Virus record (IMG/VR): IMGVR_UViG_3300010352_000284
Location: 1 to 64,000 of that record
Direction: 5' to 3' (one strand)
From: a virus
Taxonomy: Duplodnaviria > Caudoviricetes
Length of the DNA stretch: 64,000 bases
The notes under the pieces were generated by a model that was not told the DNA's origin, made no database searches, and was given only the letters and a program-made list of their open reading frames with translations. Position numbers and translations under genes: made by a program. Below are positions 18,359 through 27,474 of this stretch, piece by piece (positions within the stretch are counted from its first letter, which is position 1; each line of letters starts with the position of its first letter).

Positions 18359-19050
18359 ATTACGATGAATGGAGCGCATTACCAAACAATTTCTTCGTCA
18401 AATGTACTTCTGCGTATGATAATGAGAGGGAATTGTATGATGTGTTAGAAATGGAAGCATACAATCACGCAGCAGTTCCAATGAGATATTATGTTACTTC
18501 AATTTCGGCGGATACTTTGTATGGTGAAGATAATGCTAGAACAATAACAAGAGCTTTTGATTATAATGCTCACTATGAATTGCCGAAAGAAGAGAAAACA
18601 TATTCTTCTCTTGGTACTGTTGTAATTGATAATTTCCCAATCTATATCAACATGCTCCATTTTGCTGAAGCATCTAAATATGATTCTTTTGGAAATTCGG
18701 CAACATATCCTAGTTATGAACCGAAGATTGGTGATTTCGTGTATGCTAGATATAATGACAAATTCTATTCAATCAACATGGTCAAACAAGAAGATGAAAT
18801 ATTCCTTCAAGGAAAACATACATGGACATTACATCTGATTGAAATGAAGAATAATGGGTATCTATTTGGGTCTGAGATAATTTCTGCTGGGGATTATATT
18901 ACAACATCGGCATCTGGTATTGACGGGGTCGACATTTATGGATTGAATGATGTGATTGATGAAGAGAAGGTTAATGTTTTGTATGAACCAGAAGTGACCG
19001 AATGCCCTCCCAATGACCCAGGAAATGATTGGTGGAGTGACAGGCTTTAG
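18355..19050 (+). CDS. gp14: Neck/head-closure protein, T4 gp14-like, copy B
   Basis: Collinear paralog of 5882..6553 (SAYDNERELYD, LYGEDN.RTI, PKIGD, FLQGKH.W, PEVTECPPNDP). Confidence 0.8.
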   Translation: MNYDEWSALPNNFFVKCTSAYDNERELYDVLEMEAYNHAAVPMRYYVTSISADTLYGEDNARTITRAFDYNAHYELPKEEKTYSSLGTVVIDNFPIYINMLHFAEASKYDSFGNSATYPSYEPKIGDFVYARYNDKFYSINMVKQEDEIFLQGKHTWTLHLIEMKNNGYLFGSEIISAGDYITTSASGIDGVDIYGLNDVIDEEKVNVLYEPEVTECPPNDPGNDWWSDRL

Positions 19051-19111
19051 TTGATGTCTAACGCTATTCTATTAAACATTCTTAATATGTTTTAATGAAT
19101 TGTTAGTCGCA

Positions 19112-19117
19112 TAAATA
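19112..19117 (+). promoter_or_regulatory. Late promoter TAAATA 5 nt before ATG 19123
   Basis: TAAATA-CTAAT-ATG. Confidence 0.65.
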
Positions 19118-19122
19118 CTAAT

Positions 19123-19350
19123 ATGAATATAAAATCAGTTCTTTATTTCCTTGAGTCTTCCTTTTCACGTGACGATTCTTTCATAGAGGAATTAAAATCT
19201 GAGATTGATACAGATTATAACAAGCTTGGAGAATTTATAACATCCGAATTCTCAAGTATTAACATTTCTGACCTTGAAAAATACGAATCACAAATAGTAA
19301 AGCTTCGTCACATTCGTTCGCAGCTTAGAAAGATTTTAGAGGACATTTAA
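19123..19350 (+). CDS. Hypothetical protein (75 aa)
   Basis: ORF after late-promoter motif; stop overlaps the gp15 start. Confidence 0.65.
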   Translation: MNIKSVLYFLESSFSRDDSFIEELKSEIDTDYNKLGEFITSEFSSINISDLEKYESQIVKLRHIRSQLRKILEDI

Positions 19351-20132
19351 TGCTTCAAGAATATTACTTCAAAGACGAAACTAGAAATGTCACAATCGCA
19401 TTTTTAGATATGTTCAATGCTATCAAAGTTTATAGAAAAGATAAAACAGGAACCATCATCAAAGTTATAGATGTTCCTGTGAAATTTGGCCCTGCTGAAA
19501 AATATTATCTATTCCAAGCACAGAGAGAATCCGGGAAGAAATATTATCCAACACTTCCAAGCATCCAAGTCGAACTCACTTCACTTTCATATGATTCTGA
19601 CCGAGCTACCGGTGTGAATGAACTCAGGCAATTTTACGATCCAATCCTTCTGTCTGCGGCTGATGATTTTTGGTCCGATGTTCAACCAACTCCATACAAT
19701 TTCAATTTCACGGTCCAAATCAAAACAGAATCAATCTCAGATTTTTCTCAGATCATTGAAAACATCCTCCCTGGCTTCAATCCTTCACTTCAACTCAGAG
19801 TGAAAGAATTCAATTTCCTCAACATCGAACGAAATCTAAAAGTGATTCATTCCGGAGATGTTCCATTAGACTATCCTCAAGAAATGGGTGAAGAAGACCA
19901 TCGTTACATCAACTCAAACCTAAATTTCACAGTCCATGGTTATCTATATCGTCCAGTTTCTAAAGACTATATTATCAAATTCATTCATACAAACTATTTC
20001 TATAATAACGATACAATTAATAAAGAAACATACTCAACATCAGGAATGGATATCTCTGCCGCACCTCCAGAAAATTACCTATACAGTGAGTTGATTGACG
20101 GCAGAAAAAAATATGTCTCGGTTGAAGGGTAA
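19350..20132 (+). CDS. gp15: Tail terminator/sheath stabiliser, T4 gp15-like
   Basis: YYF....R..TIAF.DMFN.I.V.R....G.....IDVP.KFGP.EK; LP.I..E..SL.YD; PTPYNFNF.V.I...IENILP.FNP. Confidence 0.88.
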   Translation: MLQEYYFKDETRNVTIAFLDMFNAIKVYRKDKTGTIIKVIDVPVKFGPAEKYYLFQAQRESGKKYYPTLPSIQVELTSLSYDSDRATGVNELRQFYDPILLSAADDFWSDVQPTPYNFNFTVQIKTESISDFSQIIENILPGFNPSLQLRVKEFNFLNIERNLKVIHSGDVPLDYPQEMGEEDHRYINSNLNFTVHGYLYRPVSKDYIIKFIHTNYFYNNDTINKETYSTSGMDISAAPPENYLYSELIDGRKKYVSVEG

Positions 20133-20138
20133 TAAATA
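20133..20138 (+). promoter_or_regulatory. Late promoter TAAATA 5 nt before ATG 20144
   Basis: TAAATA-TTAAT-ATG. Confidence 0.65.
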
Positions 20139-20143
20139 TTAAT

Positions 20144-20458
20144 ATGAGATTTAGAGAATATTACCAAGCGTCCATCCGGCAAACCAAACTTGATATTTTT
20201 GAACAAGTGTTTGATAAGTATTACACAAAAGGCTTCTACGGCTCATTACCAGAAACCGTGATAAAGAAACAACAAAAATCATGGTTCGAAAAATTCCTCA
20301 TCATTCTTGAAAACAAAGACTCTGACGAAATCTTGTTCCACCTAGAAGACAGGCAAAACGTCGTCACAAGAGAATGGTTTTCCAGATTGTATGAAACTGA
20401 TATTGTCGAAAAATCTAAAAAAGAAATTGAAGAAGTCCTGAAAACGAAGATTAAATGA
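20144..20458 (+). CDS. Hypothetical protein (104 aa)
   Basis: N-terminus MRFREYYQA; late promoter. Confidence 0.7.
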   Translation: MRFREYYQASIRQTKLDIFEQVFDKYYTKGFYGSLPETVIKKQQKSWFEKFLIILENKDSDEILFHLEDRQNVVTREWFSRLYETDIVEKSKKEIEEVLKTKIK

Positions 20459-21042
20459 ATGTCTATGAATACATTAACAAAATCTCACCATTCAGTCTAG
20501 CCGAGTTAGAAACAAAAACAAGTTACCCCGGCAGAATCCATTATTGTAAATCCCGTCTCGAAACTCTAGCCCATGGTTCCGCAAGAGTCGTGTTCGTGCT
20601 TGGTGAAAACGTGATCAAAGTGGCAAAGAATGAAAAAGGGTTCGAACAAAATCTCATCGAATCCATCATCTCAGAATCAAACACCCACAACGTCGCAACT
20701 CTTGTAAAATCAGGGAATGGCATCTATAACGTGTTCAAAAAAGCATCAATGATAGATTTACCAATGTTTGAACAATTCACAAATATCAAAATGTGCGACT
20801 TACATACCTATCTTAAATATGAAAAAGATAAGAAAAAATATAATATCAAACACGACTACTATAAAGAAAAAATAATAAATGAAAATGAATTCGTCGGAAC
20901 TCTGTGTGGATTGATTCGAGATTATGACCTGTCCGTTGGCGACCTTATACGAATTTCAAGCTGGGGAATCTATGAAAATGAAGCAGTCCTGATCGATTTC
21001 GGGCTGACCTCCACTATATATAAGAAATACTATAAAGGTTGA
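20455..21042 (+). CDS. Protein-kinase-like (PKL/APH fold) protein
   Basis: Gly loop LAHGSARVVF, VIKVAK, QNLIE, GDL.R.SSWG catalytic-loop-like, VLIDFGL. Confidence 0.65.
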   Translation: MNVYEYINKISPFSLAELETKTSYPGRIHYCKSRLETLAHGSARVVFVLGENVIKVAKNEKGFEQNLIESIISESNTHNVATLVKSGNGIYNVFKKASMIDLPMFEQFTNIKMCDLHTYLKYEKDKKKYNIKHDYYKEKIINENEFVGTLCGLIRDYDLSVGDLIRISSWGIYENEAVLIDFGLTSTIYKKYYKG

Positions 21043-21046
21043 ACGC

Positions 21047-21823
21047 ATGAAATATTATATATACAAAACAACAAACTTAATAAATGGAAAGATTTATATT
21101 GGCTTACACAAATCAGAAAATATTGAGACTGACAAATATATAGGAACTGGTTGGGCTTTTACAGACGCGGTTAATAAATATGGCCGCGAAAACTTTAAGA
21201 GGGAAATACTATTCGAATTTGATACTCTTGAAGAAGCTAATGCGAAAGAATATGAATTAGTAAATGAAGAGTTTGTAAATAGAGACGATAACTATAATTT
21301 GCGGACTGGTGGAAATGTTGGAACCATGTCGGACGAAACAAAGAAACGATTGTCGGAAGCATTGAAAAATTCAGAAGTTCGCAAAGAAATGATGGCGGAT
21401 CCTGAATATAGAAAACGTATTTCGGAACGACAGAAAGGGAAGTCGCATCCGTGGCAAGATAAAATTAATAAAAATCCAGAAAAGATAAGAAAAATGGCTG
21501 AGAAACATCGTGGAATGAAACGGTCAGAGGAAACATGTAAACGAGTTTCAGAATCATTAAAAGGTAAGAAAAAAGGAACAGAAAGTAATTCGTTCAAAGG
21601 ATATTGGGTAACTCCTTGGGGGAAATTTGACTCTTTGGAAGCGGCAGCAACAAAATTAGGAAACGGTTTTATAACTATACGAGACAGATGTTTAGCCAAA
21701 AATAACAATAAAGTAAATTCGTTTTCAGTTAACCATGATTCAAAATTAAACAAAACAATGATTGGAAAAACTTGGGCTGAACTTGGCTGGGGATTTGAAC
21801 CAATGGAGAAGAAAAATGTTTGA
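21047..21823 (+). CDS. GIY-YIG homing endonuclease (Seg-like) with NUMOD3-type repeats
   Basis: YIYKTTNLINGKIYIGLH...YIGTG...NFKREIL...E...YN; MSDETKKRLSEA and RSEETCKRVSESLKG repeats. Confidence 0.9.
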   Translation: MKYYIYKTTNLINGKIYIGLHKSENIETDKYIGTGWAFTDAVNKYGRENFKREILFEFDTLEEANAKEYELVNEEFVNRDDNYNLRTGGNVGTMSDETKKRLSEALKNSEVRKEMMADPEYRKRISERQKGKSHPWQDKINKNPEKIRKMAEKHRGMKRSEETCKRVSESLKGKKKGTESNSFKGYWVTPWGKFDSLEAAATKLGNGFITIRDRCLAKNNNKVNSFSVNHDSKLNKTMIGKTWAELGWGFEPMEKKNV

Positions 21824-23411
21824 TGGGAATAAACAATTACGAGCTGAAGGTGAAGCTTATGAATATAGTCAGGAAATGATTAATGAAGTTGTTAGATGTT
21901 CTGAAGATATTTTATATTTCGCATCCAGATATTTTTACATTCAGAATCTGGATGATGGTAAAATCAAAATACCGCTTTGGGAGTTTCAGAAGAAATTACT
22001 TAAAGTTATGACAAGCCCGCCCGATAATAAACGGCACGTTGTTGTTCTGTCAGCTCGTCAAATGTCAAAAACTACAGTATCTACAATTTTTATTCTTCAT
22101 GAAATGTTGTTTAAGAAGGACTATAATATTTCAATTTTAGCAAATAATGAAAAAACTGCTAAAGGAATTTTATCAAGAATACAAATGGCGTATGCGATGC
22201 TTCCATTATGGCTTCAAAGAGGAGTTAAAGAATGGAATAAAAACTCAGTAATTTTGGAAAATAGTGTTCGTGTATTTGCTGCTTCTACATCATCAAACTC
22301 CTCCAGGGGCGAGTCATGTAATTTGCTTTTTTTAGATGAATGCGCGTTTGTGTATGACCACATTTGGGAGGATTTTTATGCTTCTGTTATGCCGACAATT
22401 TCATCAGGCAAGACTTCGAAAATTATCATGGTATCTACACCTAATGGATTGAATCACTTTTACAACATTTACAAAAAGGCGGTTCTTGGTGAGTCTGATT
22501 TTTATGCTGTGAAGATTCCGTGGTATTATCATCCAGATCGAGATGATGCTTGGAAGGATTCGATGATACGTAACACTTCGAAGCAGCAATTTGCTCAGGA
22601 GTTTGATTGTCAGTTTCTTGGGAGTTCAAACACGTTGATTCTTCCTGAAAAGCTTGAAACACTTATACCGAGAGAGCCGGACGACATTACAAAGTATTCG
22701 GGTGCTTTTCAGATTTACGAACATCCGAAAGAGGAATGTCAGTATGTGATTGGTGTTGACCCGAGTAAGGGAACTGGTTCGGACTACACGGTTATACAGG
22801 TATTGAAGCTTAACTCTGAGAACAATGTTGAGCAGGTAGCGGTATATCGTTCAAACTATACTAAGATTGAATTGATGCCGGATATTATAATGGGGATTTC
22901 ACAATATTACAACAATTGTCAGGCGATGGTTGAGAGTAATGACGTTGGTGAAGTTCTTTGTCGTGATTTATGGAACAAGTATAATTTTGATGGATTGTGT
23001 AATATAGATAAAGGGAAGCTTGGAATTAGATCGACCCGAAAATCAAAGTTAGAGGGTAATTTATTATTAAAGCAGTATATTGACAATGGTTGGTTAGAAA
23101 TTCATGACAAGCGGACGATATATGAGCTTTCTCGGTATGTTGAAGTTTCTCCGGATGTTTACCATGCTGAGGGGCAGAATGAAAATGATGATTGTGTGAC
23201 TTCATTAATTTGGGCATTGTATTATTTGAAAACGGATTATTATGACAGTGGTGCTACTTCGAAAGATGGTGGAAGTGTTGATTTTTCGTCATTTGCTATT
23301 CTTGATGGGAGTATAGTTGGGAATGGTTTTGGTGATTCGTCTATCTATGAAAGTCCATTTGGAAATTCGGGATATGATGGGAATTTTTATCCAGGAAGTA
23401 ATTTTTTCTAA
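21816..23411 (+). CDS. gp17: Terminase large subunit, T4 gp17-like (start revised to ATG 21816)
   Basis: LSARQMSKTT Walker A, RGESCNLLFLDECAF Walker B, IIMVSTPNG, FAQEFDCQFLGS, VIGVDPSKG nuclease Asp, DDCV. Confidence 0.95.
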   Translation: MFDGNKQLRAEGEAYEYSQEMINEVVRCSEDILYFASRYFYIQNLDDGKIKIPLWEFQKKLLKVMTSPPDNKRHVVVLSARQMSKTTVSTIFILHEMLFKKDYNISILANNEKTAKGILSRIQMAYAMLPLWLQRGVKEWNKNSVILENSVRVFAASTSSNSSRGESCNLLFLDECAFVYDHIWEDFYASVMPTISSGKTSKIIMVSTPNGLNHFYNIYKKAVLGESDFYAVKIPWYYHPDRDDAWKDSMIRNTSKQQFAQEFDCQFLGSSNTLILPEKLETLIPREPDDITKYSGAFQIYEHPKEECQYVIGVDPSKGTGSDYTVIQVLKLNSENNVEQVAVYRSNYTKIELMPDIIMGISQYYNNCQAMVESNDVGEVLCRDLWNKYNFDGLCNIDKGKLGIRSTRKSKLEGNLLLKQYIDNGWLEIHDKRTIYELSRYVEVSPDVYHAEGQNENDDCVTSLIWALYYLKTDYYDSGATSKDGGSVDFSSFAILDGSIVGNGFGDSSIYESPFGNSGYDGNFYPGSNFF

Positions 23412-23448
23412 ATGATAAATAGTTTTAGATATAAGGAGAAAATGACAC

Positions 23449-25194
23449 ATGGCATTAAATAGACTTCCTGGTATAGTGACCACTGAAGTAGACAATTCAC
23501 AGGTTAATATTGTTGATAATACTACCGTGGTTGCTACTGTTGGTCTTGCCAGAAAAGGTATAGTTAATAGTAAAGTTCTTGTTTCGTCTGAACAGGACTT
23601 AATCACAAAATTTGGGGCTCCTCTAGTTTCTGGTGGAGTTCCTGGGACGCAGACGATTGATTATGGCATTTATGCGGCTCGTGAAGCATTGAAGGAATCC
23701 AACAATGTTTATTTCGTCCGTCTAACAAATGGAACAGAGGTTTACGCTGGTGTTGGATTGTCAGGCACCATTTCTGCTAGTTCTGTTTCACTTCCTGTCA
23801 CTGCTACGGCGACTTCAGGAGTGACTTCAAATTATCCTGATGGTTATTCAGCAAATGATATTGGTGATTTTTCTTCCAACCCAACATCTGTTTTGGATGT
23901 TCATGCTATTGCTCCAGGTATTTGGGGAAATGATATTGCTATTTCGGTTATCACTCCATCTCAGTCTGGCACAAATGGATTGGTTGATTGGAAATATAAG
24001 TATGATGACAACACTTCTGCGGCAAATGCTAAGTGGCGTTCAATTTTCAAGCTCAATGTTTATGTGAAGAAGCCTACGGATACATTTGCGAACATTTGGT
24101 CTTCAATTTCTGCCACTCCTGATGAATCTTTCTATGTTTCTAATGATTATGCTATTTTGGATAATTCTGGAAACACGATGTTTGTTGATGAAGTTGTTAA
24201 TGGAAATTCTAACTACATTTATGTTAGGTCAAACACAGTAATGCCCGGATATACTTCAACATATTTCCAGCTTGCGGGCGGTGTTGATACTAATTTCGCA
24301 ACAGTTTCAACCGCGAGTTATCAGGCTGGTTGGGCATTTTTCTCAAACAAGTCTTCTGAAGCAATTGATTTGTTCAGCGTCACTCCGGTAAATGGAAATG
24401 CTTCAACAAACTTGGTTGATACAGGTTTTGCTTCAACTGTTGACGGTGTTGTTGGAAAGAGGCTTGACGTTTTCGCAGTGACTAATGTTGGAAAAATTTC
24501 TGACAAGAACAAGACCCAAGTGATTGCGGCTGACTTTGCTGGCCCAGGTTCAGGAACGGTTTCAAATCCTTCCTATTGGGGCAAGTATGTTGGTTGGCAG
24601 CAGATTCTTGACCCATACAATTCTGTTCGTGTCTGGCTTCCAAACTCGGTTTTCGCAGTTGAAGCGATGGCTCGTGTTGACAGAGTTGCGAATCGTTGGG
24701 AAACTCCTGCGGGCATCGATTTTGGTGGAGTTCCTGCGGCGAAGCAAAATCTAGCTCTTTCTGATGCTGACATGGGAGATTTGTACGAAAACTACAACAT
24801 CAACTCTGTCAAGCGGATCGGCGGCGTTCAGTACATTTGGGGTCAGAAGACTGCTCAATTGAAGAACACTGCTAGAGACAGAATAAATGTTCGTCGGATG
24901 CTATTGTATGTTGAGCGGAATGTTGAGAATATTCTTGCTGGATTCTTGTTCAAAGGAAATTCTGACAAGTCCAGAGAGCGCATTTCAAGTTTGATTAACA
25001 CTTTTATGGCTTCTGTAAAGACTGGTGAAGGTGTTCAGAGTTATCGGGTTGTTTGTGATGGAACTAACAACACAGCTACCACAATCGCTCAGAATATCTT
25101 GAATGTCGATCTTTATATTCAACCAACATACGCGATTGAATATATTAATTTGAAGGTTGTTATCACTGCCGACTCTGTATCGGTGGCTGAATAA
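23449..25194 (+). CDS. gp18: Tail sheath protein, T4 gp18-like
   Basis: PGIVTTEVD N-terminus; WETPAG, INSVK, IWGQKT, RDRINVRRMLLY, LYIQPTYAIEYI. Confidence 0.95.
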   Translation: MALNRLPGIVTTEVDNSQVNIVDNTTVVATVGLARKGIVNSKVLVSSEQDLITKFGAPLVSGGVPGTQTIDYGIYAAREALKESNNVYFVRLTNGTEVYAGVGLSGTISASSVSLPVTATATSGVTSNYPDGYSANDIGDFSSNPTSVLDVHAIAPGIWGNDIAISVITPSQSGTNGLVDWKYKYDDNTSAANAKWRSIFKLNVYVKKPTDTFANIWSSISATPDESFYVSNDYAILDNSGNTMFVDEVVNGNSNYIYVRSNTVMPGYTSTYFQLAGGVDTNFATVSTASYQAGWAFFSNKSSEAIDLFSVTPVNGNASTNLVDTGFASTVDGVVGKRLDVFAVTNVGKISDKNKTQVIAADFAGPGSGTVSNPSYWGKYVGWQQILDPYNSVRVWLPNSVFAVEAMARVDRVANRWETPAGIDFGGVPAAKQNLALSDADMGDLYENYNINSVKRIGGVQYIWGQKTAQLKNTARDRINVRRMLLYVERNVENILAGFLFKGNSDKSRERISSLINTFMASVKTGEGVQSYRVVCDGTNNTATTIAQNILNVDLYIQPTYAIEYINLKVVITADSVSVAE

Positions 25195-25204
25195 GGAGTA
25201 AAAA

Positions 25205-25864
25205 ATGGCAGACAAAGGACAAATGTATATAGAAGGACGGAAGATTAAGAATTTCGCGGATATTCAGCGTTCATTCTTATTTGAAGTTGAGATTGTGAAT
25301 TTCACAAGTAAGCGGATTCCAGGAATGGAAGGTACCGCTCTTGGAACTAATTGGGAAAATGAAGATATTACTCTTCGGGCACGGACTTGTTCCCTACCAT
25401 CTCGCGGAACTGATGCCATCGAATCAAACTTCGGTGCTATGAAACAGTTCTTCCCAGGAAAGCCAACATTTGAGAACACCACTCAGATAACTTTTGAGGA
25501 AACGGAATCTCAGGGTGTTGGAATTTTCCTTTACAATTGGGCACAGATGATTTTTGACATCACCAAGGGGCACTCCAATTCTTCAAAGAAACGTGGCGCG
25601 GCGTTGACAGATGCTTACGTGGACATGATTAAAGTAACTCCAATTCGTTATAATGGAGAGCCGTTCAAAAATTCTGTATACTTCTACAATTGCTGGCTAC
25701 AGAATGTTGATTCTGTTTCTCTTGATTACACTACAAGCGAATCTGTAAAATATAATGCTACATTCCAATTTGACTTCTGGCTTCTTGGCGAAACAAGCAA
25801 GAATCCGGCAATTGGTGAAGCTGGTCAAAAGCTCACACTCAATGTTTCGGAGAATGCGAGCTAA
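25205..25864 (+). CDS. gp19: Tail tube protein, T4 gp19-like
   Basis: QRSFLFEV.I; RARTCSLP....AIE.NF.....FFPGK.TF; FYNCW..NV..V.LDY...E...Y..TF.FD.W. Confidence 0.85.
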   Translation: MADKGQMYIEGRKIKNFADIQRSFLFEVEIVNFTSKRIPGMEGTALGTNWENEDITLRARTCSLPSRGTDAIESNFGAMKQFFPGKPTFENTTQITFEETESQGVGIFLYNWAQMIFDITKGHSNSSKKRGAALTDAYVDMIKVTPIRYNGEPFKNSVYFYNCWLQNVDSVSLDYTTSESVKYNATFQFDFWLLGETSKNPAIGEAGQKLTLNVSENAS

Positions 25865-25868
25865 GTAA

Positions 25869-26480
25869 ATGGGAAGTGCTGATGATAATCTTTTTTTGAG
25901 CGACGGCGGATCCTTGACAACGAGGACCGCCAACTTCTTCGAACGAAAATCAATCCAACGTTCTTATAATTTCATGGTTTATTTTGACGAATCTGGGCTT
26001 GATACTGGATTAGCCAAAACTGATAGAACTGGAGTTTTTAGTGACATGGATGCTTTTCACGCTATTTCAGTTGAGCTTCCTAATTATGGATTTAAGAGAG
26101 AAGAAATGAATTATGGTCCATTCTTCAAGAAATTCCCGGTTCTTGACCATGATGGGTTTGAATTCACAATAAAGTTTGAGGAAGATGACGAAGGACGGGT
26201 GAAGAACATGATTCATAAGCTCGTCCGTCGTAATATTAGAAGTGATGGATATTTGAAACCTTATAGCGAAACGGTGATTCCGAATATTGTTGTGAGCACA
26301 TATAGACCAGATGGAAAGAATGTTAACAAGACATATTTCAAGAACTGTTTTTATATGAAATCGTCCACTCCATCGTTTTCTTATGAGGATGGTAAGCAAA
26401 TATTTTATGATGTAACGTTCAACGCCGACCACTATATATTTGTAGAGCATCAAGGCGCAGTGAATCAAACTGGTCGATAA
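25869..26480 (+). CDS. Tail-tube-fold paralog (gp54/gp19-like tube initiator)
   Basis: Same fold pattern as the preceding gene (QRSYNFMV, SVELP, FTIKFEE, YFKNCF, YDVTF..D.Y). Confidence 0.7.
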   Translation: MGSADDNLFLSDGGSLTTRTANFFERKSIQRSYNFMVYFDESGLDTGLAKTDRTGVFSDMDAFHAISVELPNYGFKREEMNYGPFFKKFPVLDHDGFEFTIKFEEDDEGRVKNMIHKLVRRNIRSDGYLKPYSETVIPNIVVSTYRPDGKNVNKTYFKNCFYMKSSTPSFSYEDGKQIFYDVTFNADHYIFVEHQGAVNQTGR

Positions 26481-26494
26481 ACGAAAGGTAAAAC

Positions 26495-27292
26495 ATGGCA
26501 GTTGAAAAGAAGAGAAGTCCTATTGTGAAGGATTTTGTTGAACCGCAAGAACCTATCACAAAGAAGGATAATTATTATTTGATTGAGGGGATTCCAACAA
26601 AGTATCGGTTGTATCCTGAAGGTACGCAGATTTATGGTCGCCCTTTGACAGTTAAGGAAGTTCGGTTTTTAGCATCAATGACAGATTCGAATTATCAGTT
26701 TGTCATCAATGAAATTCTCAAGAATACAATTAAGGGTATTGATATTCAGGAATTATATGTTGCTGATAAGGTATTCATTTTGTTTTGGCTAAGAGCGAAC
26801 ACATATAAGAATGAAGGGTATTCTACTGAGTTTACCTGCCGTCATTGTGGTCGGTCAAATCATTATCTTTTCACCATGGACAAGCTTAGGGTTGAATATC
26901 TTAAGGACGATTTTGTTGCGAATGATGATTTCAAGCTTCTGACAACCGATGATGTTCTAAGAATTTCATTTCCAAAGGTTCGGGATGAAAATAAGGTTTC
27001 TCAGATTTTGAAGAATAAGACTTCTGTAGAATATGATGAAGATATTTTGTCAGTTGCGGCTATGGTCAAATCTATAAATGGTACAGAGTATAATACAAAG
27101 TACGTTTATGATTATCTATTGTCTTTGAATCCTGAAGACTATGCGTATCTTGAGACTTATATTTCTGACAACGAGATTGGTGTTTCTCCAGAAGTTTCAA
27201 CCAATTGCCAGCATGAAGATTGTGGGGAGGAATCTCTTATTGAGGTACGATTTCAATCAGACTTCTTTCTTCCCAAGTATAAGTCAAGATGA
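26495..27292 (+). CDS. gp26: Baseplate hub / tail assembly chaperone, T4 gp26-like
   Basis: RPLTVKE, LY..D...ILF.LR, CxHC, FPKV.D, C....C and terminal ...DFF motif. Confidence 0.75.
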   Translation: MAVEKKRSPIVKDFVEPQEPITKKDNYYLIEGIPTKYRLYPEGTQIYGRPLTVKEVRFLASMTDSNYQFVINEILKNTIKGIDIQELYVADKVFILFWLRANTYKNEGYSTEFTCRHCGRSNHYLFTMDKLRVEYLKDDFVANDDFKLLTTDDVLRISFPKVRDENKVSQILKNKTSVEYDEDILSVAAMVKSINGTEYNTKYVYDYLLSLNPEDYAYLETYISDNEIGVSPEVSTNCQHEDCGEESLIEVRFQSDFFLPKYKSR

Positions 27293-27470
27293 TATTATTG
27301 ATTTAGAATTCTCTTTAGCATATTATCTACACATTCCCGACATTAATAATAGAGATTTTTATGAAGTGTTGGCATTAAAAGAACGGTTAGATGATATGTT
27401 AGAAAAGAGAAATGCTGCGCTTGGAAATGGGAATGTTGGATTGATGGATTTCATGCGCGGCGCTAAATAA
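27240..27470 (+). CDS. gp51-like short ORF, either TTG-started or the +1 frameshift extension of gp26
   Basis: Reads FFPSISQDDIIDLEFSLAYYLHIPDINNRDFYEVLALKERL; overlaps the gp26 end in the +1 frame; TTG 27240 has GGGGAGG 9 nt upstream. Confidence 0.6.
   Translation: MRYDFNQTSFFPSISQDDIIDLEFSLAYYLHIPDINNRDFYEVLALKERLDDMLEKRNAALGNGNVGLMDFMRGAK
27464..27469 (+). promoter_or_regulatory. Late promoter TAAATA 5 nt before ATG 27475
   Basis: CTAAATAATAATATGGCTA, identical 19-mer also at 36017. Confidence 0.65.
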
Positions 27471-27474
27471 TAAT

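Noticed and set aside
21816-23411. Intein or intron in the terminase (also checked in the ligase)
   Set aside because: Motif spacing and lengths are normal, and no C/S...HN splicing motifs or LAGLIDADG insert were seen.
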